Below, one piece after another: positions 36,228 to 45,181 of a stretch of 64,000 nt of DNA (position 1 is its first letter; every line of letters starts with the position of its first letter). The stretch comes from Ruminococcaceae bacterium UBA3323. GTDB lineage: Bacteria; Bacillota; Clostridia; Oscillospirales; Acutalibacteraceae. The position numbers and the translations under genes were made by a program. The notes below the pieces were generated by a model. That model was not told the DNA's origin. It saw only the letters and a program-made list of their open reading frames with translations, and did not search any database. Where the stretch lies: assembly GCA_002361935.1 (NCBI GenBank), contig DESD01000021.1, positions 10,872 to 74,871 of the forward strand, written 5' to 3'.

Positions 36228-36297
36228 ATTATAAACCAATAATCTGAATTGCGAAAAAAACATCTTAAATCCGGCAATCCATTTATAGAGAAACACA

Positions 36298-37137
36298 TCA
36301 ATTTTTCCATTCAACGCTTTCATTAACAACATTATTTCCGTTGTTGTCTGCACAAATAATCTCTATATCCTTTGGAGAAAGCTTGATTAACGACGCAACA
36401 TAACTGCCGTTTTCACTTGCATCTATTCCGCCGTCAACAAGTGTAGGAATCATTCCCGAATCATCAAACTCGCATATATGTTCATGACCACTGATTAATA
36501 TAGATGCATTCAGAGAATTTATTTTCTTCAAAGCAGAATCAGCCAGATCTTCTTCAATACAAATTTCCCTTGAATGTGAAAAAACAATGGTTTTATCATT
36601 ATCATCATTTTGCAAATTATTCAGCCAATTAACCATTTCGGTGCGATACTGTTTATAATCCACCATACCGCCATACTCAGGATGTGAATCCTCTTTATCC
36701 TCACAGCTATCTAAAACAATAATATCATAATCGCCAATAGAAGTTGTAAAATAAAAGCTGTCCAATCCCAAATAGGTTGAAAGATTAACGGCCTCTCTTC
36801 CGCGGGTTTTGTGATTTCCACGGGTGTATATAACAGGAATCGTACCGCCTGTAAGATTATAGCCAAACTTAAGAATGTAATCCACAATATCCTGTTCACT
36901 CATTAATCCCGGAGCACAATCACCAAGAAGCACTACAGCCTGATAGTTTTCTCCTATCTCTTTTACAGCAGTTTCAGCCTTTTTATTAAATGTGTGCCAA
37001 TCGGAAACAGACAAAACATTTATGTTTTCACCGAACGAATCATTTAAAGTATAGGAATCACTTTCTATGGTTTTTCCAAGTCTTGTATAACCGTAAAAAT
37101 GCTGATTCCGCCCCAGTACAACAATACCTGTTTTCAT
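36298..37137 (-). pseudogene. Metallophosphoesterase, probably 5'-truncated or degenerate
   Basis: SDWH, LLGD, RGNH(K), LDS.EDK.D.H.EYGG, SH, SGHEH. No SD of its own; GNHE appears as GNHK; N-terminus short for this family. Confidence 0.5.
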
Positions 37138-37202
37138 TTCTTTAACAAAATATGGATTTTCCCAAGTAAAGATTCTTTAATTGTTTTACAAATATCGCAC
37201 AT
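37134..37202 (-). CDS. 22-aa micro-ORF MCDICKTIKESLLGKIHILLKK
   Basis: Strong AGGAGG SD; its TGA overlaps the downstream ATG (ATGA). Confidence 0.4.
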   Translation of the reverse strand: MCDICKTIKESLLGKIHILLKK

Positions 37203-37214
37203 AAACCCTCCTGA

Positions 37215-38039
37215 TTAATCATCAAACGACAGAGACATGTTATCAGCAAGCCATTTTGCAACACCATCATTATCATTACTGTCAATAATCCCTGTGGCAA
37301 TTGCTTTCAGTTCATCAACTGCATTGGAAACAGCATAACATTCATCAGCAATTTTAAACATATCCATATCATTCAGACCATCGCCGAACGCAACTATTCT
37401 GTCACAGGAGAGCAATTTCTTCAAAGTCAGAATACCATTCGCTTTTGTAGCTTTAAGAGGCATAATTTCAAGCCATTGCGTATCGTTATAAATATCCTTT
37501 TGATAAAGGCAGTTAAACCGTTTTTTATATTTATCATAAAAAGGCAGCAGATGTTTTTCATCATAAATACAAGAAATATAAAAAATATCTCCCTTTAATA
37601 AATCAGCTTCATTTTCAACAGGATTATCACGACCGTCACCTTTACGTGATTCAATAAAAAGCCTTTGCCCTGCGTTGCATTTATTTTCTATATAAGAAAA
37701 TTTCTCTTTACCATCTATAATACTATAAATTATTGGATATATACAGCCATCAAGCAACTCTTTCACTATCTGTTTAATATCATTCTGAAAGAAATTTGAC
37801 ACCAATCTTTCGCCTGTTGAATTATCTATAACGAATGTTCCGTTATAAACAACAAGAGGTATTTTGGCTGATATTCCATTGGCTGCCAAGCGTGCCGTAG
37901 AATAACTTCGTGCCGTTGCATAAGAAAACAGAACGCCTTTTTCAGCAAGAGCGTTGATTACATTGTTTGTGTATTCTGATGTTGTCTGACTGCTGTTTAA
38001 AAGCGTGCCGTCCAAATCCGATACATAAAGCGTTTTCAT
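37215..38039 (-). CDS. Cof-type HAD-IIB hydrolase
   Basis: SDLDGTLL, ATARS, NG..V, WLEI....ATKANG, FGDG.ND..MF..AD..YAV.NA. Start moved to 38039. Confidence 0.9.
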   Translation of the reverse strand: MKTLYVSDLDGTLLNSSQTTSEYTNNVINALAEKGVLFSYATARSYSTARLAANGISAKIPLVVYNGTFVIDNSTGERLVSNFFQNDIKQIVKELLDGCIYPIIYSIIDGKEKFSYIENKCNAGQRLFIESRKGDGRDNPVENEADLLKGDIFYISCIYDEKHLLPFYDKYKKRFNCLYQKDIYNDTQWLEIMPLKATKANGILTLKKLLSCDRIVAFGDGLNDMDMFKIADECYAVSNAVDELKAIATGIIDSNDNDGVAKWLADNMSLSFDD

Positions 38040-38074
38040 AATACTTTCTCCGAAATTTACATATTGGCAGATAC

Positions 38075-38102
38075 AAAAAACGGCTGTCTTTCGACAGCCG
38101 TT
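38075..38102 (-). terminator. tsf terminator
   Basis: AACGGCTGTC-GAAA-GACAGCCGTT followed by TTTT. Confidence 0.85.
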
Positions 38103-38107
38103 CATTA

Positions 38108-39046
38108 TTAACCGTTAATCTGCTTTGCAATTTCTTCAGCAAAGTTTTCCTGGCGCTTTTCGATGCCTTCGCCTCTTGTCATACGAATAAAGCCATTAGC
38201 CTTAATCTCTGTGCCAAGCTTCTTGGCAACATCATCAATATAGCCCTTAACTGCACCCTGGAAAAGATCCGAACGAACAAATTCCTGTTCAACAAGGCAG
38301 TTTTCTTTGTAATACTTGCCCATTTTACCTGCGGCAATCTTTGCAAGAACTGCTTCAGGCTTGGAAGCCATTTTTGGATCTTCCTTCATCTGAGCAGCAA
38401 GGATGCCCTGTTCGTGCTCGATAACCTCGGCAGGAACGGAAGCTTCATCAAGATAAGCAGGATTCATAGCAGCAATCTGCATTGCAACATTCTTGCCCAT
38501 TTCATCAAATGCAGGATCAGCAGCCTTTGCTTCATCAGCAACATCAAAGCCGATCATAACGCCAACTGAGCCGCCGCCGTGAACATAAGTTGAAACTACA
38601 CCGTCCATAACCTCGAAACGGCGGATTTTCATATTCTCGCCGATAGCAAGAATTAAATCATTAAGGGTTTCTGTTACAGTTCTGCCTGTACCCATATATT
38701 CAGCTTCTGCAAGCTCTTCAACAGTTTTAACGCCTGTAGCGATAACTGTTTTAGCACAATCTGTTACAAAATTTACGAATTTTTCGTTTTTAGCAACAAA
38801 GTCTGTTTCCGAGTTAACCTCGATTACAACACCCTTCTTAGCATCTGCATCTGCATAAGAGAGAACAACACCCTCTGCAGCGATTCTTGCAGCCTTCTTC
38901 TGAGCTGCAGCAAGACCTCTTTCACGAAGGAAGTCGATAGCCTTGTCCATATCGCCGTTTGCTTCTGTAAGAGCTTTTTTACATTCCATCATACCAACGC
39001 CTGTTTTTTCGCGAAGTGACTTAACGTCCTGAGCTGTGAATGCCAT
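38108..39046 (-). CDS. tsf: Elongation factor Ts
   Basis: VK.LREKTG.GMM.CKKAL, R.AAEG, EVNSETDFVAKN, GEN..IRRF, GEGIEK. Confidence 0.97.
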   Translation of the reverse strand: MAFTAQDVKSLREKTGVGMMECKKALTEANGDMDKAIDFLRERGLAAAQKKAARIAAEGVVLSYADADAKKGVVIEVNSETDFVAKNEKFVNFVTDCAKTVIATGVKTVEELAEAEYMGTGRTVTETLNDLILAIGENMKIRRFEVMDGVVSTYVHGGGSVGVMIGFDVADEAKAADPAFDEMGKNVAMQIAAMNPAYLDEASVPAEVIEHEQGILAAQMKEDPKMASKPEAVLAKIAAGKMGKYYKENCLVEQEFVRSDLFQGAVKGYIDDVAKKLGTEIKANGFIRMTRGEGIEKRQENFAEEIAKQING

Positions 39047-39086
39047 ATTTATTCCTCCAATATATAAAATTTAGATTAATTTAAAA

Positions 39087-39836
39087 TTATTCAGCAGTTT
39101 CTTCTGCGGTTGTTTCTTCAGCAGCCTCTTCTGCTGCTTCTGCAACATCCTGACCGTCACGGCCTTCGATAACTGCATTTGCAATAGCACCTGCAATAAG
39201 CTTTACTGCACGGATTGCATCATCGTTACCAGGGATAACATAATCAATTTCATCAGGATCGCAGTTTGTATCAACGATAGCAACAATCGGAAGACCAAGT
39301 TTGATTGCTTCTGATACGGCAATTCTTTCCTTGCGTGGATCAACGATGAACATAGCTTCCGGAACCTTCTTCATTTCCGTAATACCGCCAAGGTATTTTT
39401 CAAGCTTTTCAATTTCAAGCTCAAGGCGTGCAACTTCCTTTTTAGGAAGAAGATCAAAAGTGCCGTCCTCCTGCATTTTCTTAAGCTGTGCAAGACGGGC
39501 AACACGGCCGCGGATTGTTTTGAAGTTTGTGAGCATACCGCCAAGCCAACGAGCATTTACATAAGGCATATCGCAGCGTTCTGCCTCTTCCTTAACGGAT
39601 TCCTGAGCCTGCTTCTTTGTACCAACGAAGATGATTGAGCCACCCTCTGCTGCAAGATCACGAACGAACATATAAGCCTCATCAAGCTTCTTTACTGTTT
39701 TCTGAAGGTCGATGATATAGATGCCGTTACGCTCTGTGAAGATGTAATCTGCCATTTTAGGGTTCCATCTTCTTGTCTGGTGTCCGAAATGAACACCTGC
39801 TTCTAAAAGCTGTTTCATAGAAACTACATTTGCCAT
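39087..39836 (-). CDS. rpsB: 30S ribosomal protein S2
   Basis: [48 protein letters not shown]. Start moved to 39836. Confidence 0.98.
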   Translation of the reverse strand: MANVVSMKQLLEAGVHFGHQTRRWNPKMADYIFTERNGIYIIDLQKTVKKLDEAYMFVRDLAAEGGSIIFVGTKKQAQESVKEEAERCDMPYVNARWLGGMLTNFKTIRGRVARLAQLKKMQEDGTFDLLPKKEVARLELEIEKLEKYLGGITEMKKVPEAMFIVDPRKERIAVSEAIKLGLPIVAIVDTNCDPDEIDYVIPGNDDAIRAVKLIAGAIANAVIEGRDGQDVAEAAEEAAEETTAEETAE

Positions 39837-39844
39837 TTTTATTT

Positions 39845-39950
39845 CCTCCTTTAAGGTTATTCCTCCATTCCGTTTCATGGCATAACCCCATATTCATTCA
39901 CCTTGGGATTGAAAACGAAATGTGCGTATTCGCGTTCATTTTCACGAATG
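39845..39950 (-). ncRNA. Putative rpsB 5' leader (S2 autoregulatory structure)
   Basis: About 115-nt leader; CATTTCGTTT(TCA) can pair with (TGA)AACGGAATG, followed by GGAGG..AACC. Confidence 0.5.
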
Positions 39951-39957
39951 CTGAATC

Positions 39958-39986
39958 ATTTTAACACAAGAGAACGCATAAATCAA
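39958..39986 (-). promoter_or_regulatory. sigmaA promoter of rpsB-tsf
   Basis: TTGATT-17 nt-TAAAAT with TG extension. Confidence 0.75.
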
Positions 39987-40012
39987 GAAAAAATTGCCTT
40001 TTTCGTAAAAAA

Positions 40013-40732
40013 TTATATATAAAGGCTTTTTACCTGCTCGCGTGCAAATATTTCAAGTGTATTATCAAGGGGCAAAAGCTTAGCCTCTCCGTATTTATTA
40101 ATCAGAGCCTTTTCAATCATCATATCTGCAAATCCGGGATTTTTCGGCAGCATCGGGCCATGGCAGTAAGTGCCGAAGGTGTTTTTATACCGAACCCCCT
40201 CTGTTTTATCCTTTCCGTTATTTCCAAAGCCCTTGATAACCTTTCCAAGGGGCTTTAATCCCCGGCAGAGATAGGTTCTGCCGGAATGATTTTCAAAACC
40301 TATAATTTTCATTTTATCAGCAGTTTTATAAGCGTAATTCCCAATTAGACGTTTATCTCCGCCAACAGTATAAAAATCAAGAATTCCCGTAAATTTCATT
40401 CTTTCGCCTGTATGCGTTTCATAATAATTCCCAAGAAGCTGAAAGCCGCCGCAGATTGCAAGAAGCACGGTTCCCTTTTCTATTTCATTTCCCAAAGCCT
40501 CATCTGCACCGCTGCCCAGATCCTTAAGAATCAGAGATTGTTCAAAATCCTGTCCGCCGCCGATAAAAATGATATCATAATCATTGTCACGAAGCTTTTT
40601 TGCAGAATCAAGACGATAAATATTGCAATCTATTCCGCGCCATTTTGTTCTTTTTTCAAGGCAGAGAATATTGCCGCCGTCCCCATAAAGATTAAGCAAA
40701 TCGGGATAAAGATGTGCTATTTTCAGCTTCAT
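40013..40732 (-). CDS. gatD: Lipid II isoglutaminyl synthase, glutaminase subunit (CobQ-like)
   Basis: HLYPDLLNLYGD.GN, GGGQD.EQ, ICGG.QLLG, GFENHSG, TY.HGP.LPKNP. Confidence 0.9.
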   Translation of the reverse strand: MKLKIAHLYPDLLNLYGDGGNILCLEKRTKWRGIDCNIYRLDSAKKLRDNDYDIIFIGGGQDFEQSLILKDLGSGADEALGNEIEKGTVLLAICGGFQLLGNYYETHTGERMKFTGILDFYTVGGDKRLIGNYAYKTADKMKIIGFENHSGRTYLCRGLKPLGKVIKGFGNNGKDKTEGVRYKNTFGTYCHGPMLPKNPGFADMMIEKALINKYGEAKLLPLDNTLEIFAREQVKSLYI

Positions 40733-42033
40733 TTCCAGAATTCATCCTTTTTATATTTTTGTGCAAGATAAGGGCGCAGCGCCATCATTGCCGTATAGGT
40801 TGGAATAATAACCGTGTTATCCTCATCCGTTACAGCATAAAATTCCTTATAGCTTGTGATTATTTTCGGATCATATCCCTCGTATTTAAGACGCAGTGCC
40901 ATATCTCCCGAACGAACACCGAAGGCATAAATGTTTTTAACATTTTCCCCGATTTCAATATCTGCATCCCATATCCATGAAACATCACAGCCGTCTGCAG
41001 CATTATCATTTAATACAAAAACCAGATTGTTGATTGTCAAAGGCTTAATATAATTCATCGTTTGGGTAAAACCGGCAGGATTCTTAACAAGCAGCATTTT
41101 TGTTGAACCGAAATTTTCCATTCGCCCAAAAGCACCGTTAAAACTTTTCAGTGAATTCTCAAGCGTTTTTATATCAATTCCCAGCACGGAAAGAACGGCA
41201 GCAGATCCGATGGAGTTATAAATATTATAAACACCGCCTAAATTGATTTTGAATATGGAATTATGTCCGTTCAAATTTACAAAAACGGAAGAAAAATCGG
41301 CACCCGTTTCAAGAATTGCATCCACGGAAAAATCCGGATTTTCTCTTTTATATCCGCAGCTTTCACAGCAAAATCCGCCAAGCTGACTGTAGGTTCTATA
41401 ACTGTATTTATAGGGAGATTTACAAAAAATACAGTAATCCGTATCACTTCTTCCACCCATGTGCAAAGGAATATTCATTCCATAAGTAAAGCAGCGATTC
41501 GGCAGCACGGAAAGGCTGTAGGTTAAAGGATCATCCGCATTAAGAATCAGGATGCAATCCGGCATATTTTCAGCACCCGTTTTTATTGCCGAAAGGGTGG
41601 ATGAAACCTCTCCGTACCTGTCAAGCTGATCACGAAAAACATTGGTAACAAGCAAAATTTCAGCATCAATATAAAGGCTTACCTTTTTCAGTGCATTCTC
41701 ATCGCATTCAATAAGAGCATAATCCTTTCTGCATCTGCCGAAGATGCTTGAATTCATAATAAATGAAGTTGTAATTCCCGTAATAAGATTTGCTCCCGAG
41801 CGATTCATAAAATAGCTTTTTCCGCTTTCCTTCAGGCCCTCCTCTATCATTCTGGCAGAGGTTGTTTTCCCGTTTGTTCCCGTTATCATAATAACCTTCA
41901 CACCACGGGAAAGCCTGATAAGAATATTGCTTTTTAAAAAAAGTGCTATCCTTCCCGGAAGTGTTGTTGCACCTTTGTGCAGCAGTTTTAAAACTTTTTC
42001 AGCCAATCTGGCAATCATCAAAACAAATATCAT
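40729..42033 (-). CDS. murT: Lipid II isoglutaminyl synthase, MurT subunit
   Basis: G.TLPG, TGTNGKTT, GAN..TG, ECDE, TN.FRDQLDRYGE, C4 Zn ribbon, KNPAG, ND..ADG.DVSWIWD, PTYTAM. Confidence 0.92.
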   Translation of the reverse strand: MIFVLMIARLAEKVLKLLHKGATTLPGRIALFLKSNILIRLSRGVKVIMITGTNGKTTSARMIEEGLKESGKSYFMNRSGANLITGITTSFIMNSSIFGRCRKDYALIECDENALKKVSLYIDAEILLVTNVFRDQLDRYGEVSSTLSAIKTGAENMPDCILILNADDPLTYSLSVLPNRCFTYGMNIPLHMGGRSDTDYCIFCKSPYKYSYRTYSQLGGFCCESCGYKRENPDFSVDAILETGADFSSVFVNLNGHNSIFKINLGGVYNIYNSIGSAAVLSVLGIDIKTLENSLKSFNGAFGRMENFGSTKMLLVKNPAGFTQTMNYIKPLTINNLVFVLNDNAADGCDVSWIWDADIEIGENVKNIYAFGVRSGDMALRLKYEGYDPKIITSYKEFYAVTDEDNTVIIPTYTAMMALRPYLAQKYKKDEFWK

Positions 42034-42088
42034 ACTAAATTATATTGATTATAAAAAAATTTATGATAAAATAAGAACGGTGATTAAA

Positions 42089-42859
42089 ATGTTGAAAAGA
42101 ATAATTGAAACAGTAAAAAAAGCAGGCGAAATCTATAAAAGCGCCTCAGGAAATCTGGGAATTGAAAGCAAGGGATCTGCCGTTAATCTTGTTACCGAAT
42201 ATGACAAAAAAATTCAGGATTTTCTGTTTGAAGAGCTTTCCGAAATCATACCCGGCTGCTCCTTTTTAGGCGAAGAGGGTGAAGAAAACAAGGAGCTTTC
42301 GGACGGATATTGCTTTATAATTGACCCGATTGACGGAACAACTAATTTTATAAAAGGCTTTCAGCACAGTGCAATTTCCGTTGGACTTGCCAAGGACAGA
42401 AAGCTTATTTCAGGCGTTGTATATGACCCGGATCTGGATAATCTGTATTATGCTGAAAAGGGCAACGGCGCTTACCTTAACGGAAAACAAATCCACGTTT
42501 CGGATTGTAATTTACAAAACAGCCTTGTACTTTTCGGAACCTGCCCATATGAGCATGAGCTTGCAGAAAAAACCTTTGCACTTACAAAAGAAGTGTTTTA
42601 TAAAGCCATTGAGGTAAGACGAGGCGGCAGTGCTGCGCTGGACATCTGCTATGTTGCGGCAGGAAAGGCAGATTTATATTATGAGCTGATTGTAAGGCCA
42701 TGGGATTTTTCAGGTGCAACCATTATTTTAGAAGAGGCAGGCGGCATCTGCTGTACTCTTGAAAAAAAGGACATAGACTGCGGAAGCATAAGCTCATATC
42801 TCTGCGGAAATAAAAACAACATAAAAGAATTTTTCAAAATAGCTGATGAAATATTATAG
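42089..42859 (+). CDS. Inositol monophosphatase family protein
   Basis: LVTEYD, GEE, IIDPIDGTTNF, RR.GSAALD.CYVA.G, PWD..GA. Start moved to 42089. Confidence 0.9.
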   Translation: MLKRIIETVKKAGEIYKSASGNLGIESKGSAVNLVTEYDKKIQDFLFEELSEIIPGCSFLGEEGEENKELSDGYCFIIDPIDGTTNFIKGFQHSAISVGLAKDRKLISGVVYDPDLDNLYYAEKGNGAYLNGKQIHVSDCNLQNSLVLFGTCPYEHELAEKTFALTKEVFYKAIEVRRGGSAALDICYVAAGKADLYYELIVRPWDFSGATIILEEAGGICCTLEKKDIDCGSISSYLCGNKNNIKEFFKIADEIL

Positions 42860-43721
42860 TTTTAATCAATATTTAAAGGATACATTCGGCTGCAAGGTTT
42901 ACAAAATCAGCATAAATGCAGGCTTTACCTGCCCGAACAGAGACGGCAAAATTGACACAAGGGGCTGCATTTTCTGCTCCAAAGGCGGAAGCGGAGATTT
43001 TGCAGAGGATGCCGAATTATCAATAACCGAGCAGATTGAAAGCGGAAAGAAACGGGTTGAAAAGAAAATAAAAAGCGGAAAATATATTGCCTATTTTCAG
43101 GCTTTTACAAATACTTACGCTCCGATTGAAACACTGAAATCCAAATTTTATGAAGCAATGGAACATCCCGATATTGTTGCCCTTTCGATAGCTACCCGCC
43201 CCGATTGCCTGCCCGATGAGGTTACTGCCCTTTTAAAAGAATTAAACTGCATAAAACCAGTTTTCGTTGAGCTTGGATTGCAGACCATTCACGAAAAAAC
43301 GGCTGACTATATAAGACGCGGCTACACGCTTGATGTTTATGACACCGCTTTGCAAAAGCTTAAAGAGGCAGGAATCAATGTGGTTACACATATTATCCTT
43401 GGACTTCCGAACGAAACAAAAGAGGATATGCTGAACTCTGTTGATTATGTCTGCAAGGCAGGGACGGACGGAATTAAGCTGCAATTGCTGCATATTCTGA
43501 AAAAAACAGACCTTGCTGATGAATATTTCAATGGAAAGGTGAATACCCTTACACTTGATGAATATATTGACATCATAAAGGATTGTGTTAAAATAATACC
43601 GAACAATGTTGTGATTCACCGCTTAACGGGAGACGGAGCAAAAAAAGATTTGATTGCGCCGCTTTGGAGCGCAGACAAGAAAACTGTTTTGAATAAAATC
43701 AACAAAGCACTCAGCGAATAA
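42846..43721 (+). CDS. TIGR01212-type radical SAM protein (YhcC/YtqA family)
   Basis: AGFTCPNRDG......GCIFCS..GSG, YFQAFTNTY, IATRPDC, ELGLQT, H.ILGLP.E, HRLTGD. Confidence 0.9.
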   Translation: MKYYSFNQYLKDTFGCKVYKISINAGFTCPNRDGKIDTRGCIFCSKGGSGDFAEDAELSITEQIESGKKRVEKKIKSGKYIAYFQAFTNTYAPIETLKSKFYEAMEHPDIVALSIATRPDCLPDEVTALLKELNCIKPVFVELGLQTIHEKTADYIRRGYTLDVYDTALQKLKEAGINVVTHIILGLPNETKEDMLNSVDYVCKAGTDGIKLQLLHILKKTDLADEYFNGKVNTLTLDEYIDIIKDCVKIIPNNVVIHRLTGDGAKKDLIAPLWSADKKTVLNKINKALSE

Positions 43722-43750
43722 AAGCCGAGTGCTTGTTTTCTGCATACAAA

Positions 43751-43800
43751 AACAGATGCGTGATAAGTTTAATCTTACCACGCATTTTTTAGTATCTGTT
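43751..43800. terminator. Bidirectional terminator between convergent genes
   Basis: ATGCGTG..CACGCAT stem with flanking T/A tracts, nested inside AACAGAT..ATCTGTT. Confidence 0.6.
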
Positions 43801-45181
43801 ATTCATAAAAGCCGATTTCGGAAATCACGGGATTACCTCTGCTCTGACGCACAATAAGCCTTGCTCCGACACATTTTTTGCCCTTTAATGCAATGATTCT
43901 GCCGGAACCGATAATGGTTTCCGAAGCCTCCCTTTTCCATTTTCCGTTTTCTTTTTTAATATAAATGTCGAATTTCTCTACTCTTTGAGATTTTCTTATA
44001 TCCTCTTTTATAATTACATATTTCAGCCTTCTGGGAGAGTCAAAGGCAAAATCAATATATCCGTCACGTTCCGTAAATTCGCCCGGCTTATCAATAAGAA
44101 TAGGATTTGATGTTAAATGATGAATCCTTTTTCCAAGAGATTTAAGCGCACGAACATCTTTGTGATGAATAACGCCCCTGTCGGTCGGCGGAACATTAAG
44201 AAGAAAAGTACAGTTCTTTCCGACTGAAGAAAGATACAGTTTAAACAATTTTCTGCCGTTTTTAACGGTAATGTTTTCATTTTTACTGTAAAACCAGCCA
44301 CGACGGATAGAAACGTCTACCTCGGCAGGATACCAGCAAAGCTCACCGGCATCCGCAAGCACTCTGCGGCTTCCCAAATCCTCATCGGTTGATGTTAAGG
44401 TTTTTAGCTTTACAGCATCTTTTTCTGAATGCTGGCTGTTTTTGCTTACGGTTTCAGACATACAAAGTGCTTTAGGAACAACAGAGAATTCCGATTTTCT
44501 TGTTTTTCCGCCTTCATTTCCAACCCAGCGGATATCAGGCCCGCAGATTGCAATATTCGCAGAGGGCTGAAGAGTACGGATAAGCGCATAATATCTTCGC
44601 CAATCATATTCAAATGCCCTTGCATTTGCACCCTTTGCACCATCAAACCAAACCTCGTTTATTTCGCCGTAATTCGTTAAAAGCTCGGTTAACTGATTAC
44701 AGAAATAATCATTATACGCTTCGGTTCCATAGGTTTCTTCATGCATGTCCCAAGGAGAAAGATAAACTCCAAAGTAAAGGTTTTCAGCTTTACAAGCGTC
44801 TGCTACCATTTTAACAATATCACCGTCAAACCCGGAGTTTTTAACTGAAAATTCAGTATATTTCGACGGCCAAAGACAGAAGCCATCGTGGTGCTTGCAG
44901 GTTAATATAATTCCCGAAGCACCCGAAGCCTTTATGCTTTTTGCCCATTGCTGCGGTTTTATGCTTTTAATCGTAAAATCCGCCGGCGTTTCCTTTCCCG
45001 TTCCCCATTCCCTTGCCGTTGCGGTATTCATACCAAAATGAATAAAGCAATAATACGGGTTTTCGGAAAGCCTTATCTGATTTTCACTTGGAAAAACAGA
45101 TATATATCTTTTTACTTCTTCATCAAACAACGGATATCCGTTGTTATTTGTTGTCCAATTCTTTATAAATTGATTTTCCAT
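43799..45181 (-). CDS. alpha-L-fucosidase, GH29 (subfamily B-like)
   Basis: FIHFG.NT....EWG.G, KHHDGFCLWPS, YLSPWD, E.WFDGA, RWVGNE.G, W.PAE.DVSIR.GWF, LLNVPP..RG. Confidence 0.92.
   Translation of the reverse strand: MENQFIKNWTTNNNGYPLFDEEVKRYISVFPSENQIRLSENPYYCFIHFGMNTATAREWGTGKETPADFTIKSIKPQQWAKSIKASGASGIILTCKHHDGFCLWPSKYTEFSVKNSGFDGDIVKMVADACKAENLYFGVYLSPWDMHEETYGTEAYNDYFCNQLTELLTNYGEINEVWFDGAKGANARAFEYDWRRYYALIRTLQPSANIAICGPDIRWVGNEGGKTRKSEFSVVPKALCMSETVSKNSQHSEKDAVKLKTLTSTDEDLGSRRVLADAGELCWYPAEVDVSIRRGWFYSKNENITVKNGRKLFKLYLSSVGKNCTFLLNVPPTDRGVIHHKDVRALKSLGKRIHHLTSNPILIDKPGEFTERDGYIDFAFDSPRRLKYVIIKEDIRKSQRVEKFDIYIKKENGKWKREASETIIGSGRIIALKGKKCVGARLIVRQSRGNPVISEIGFYE

Noticed and set aside
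36280-36300. TGA read-through or selenocysteine at the end of the phosphoesterase
   Set aside because: An in-frame TAA follows after four codons, and I saw no SECIS-like stem next to it.
39087-39150. Repetitive GAA/GCA tract at the rpsB 3' end
   Set aside because: It encodes the ordinary acidic Ala/Glu/Thr tail of S2; not a VNTR or mobile repeat.
40013-42033. murT-gatD pair as a novel system
   Set aside because: This is the well-characterised lipid II amidation complex, with all expected motifs.
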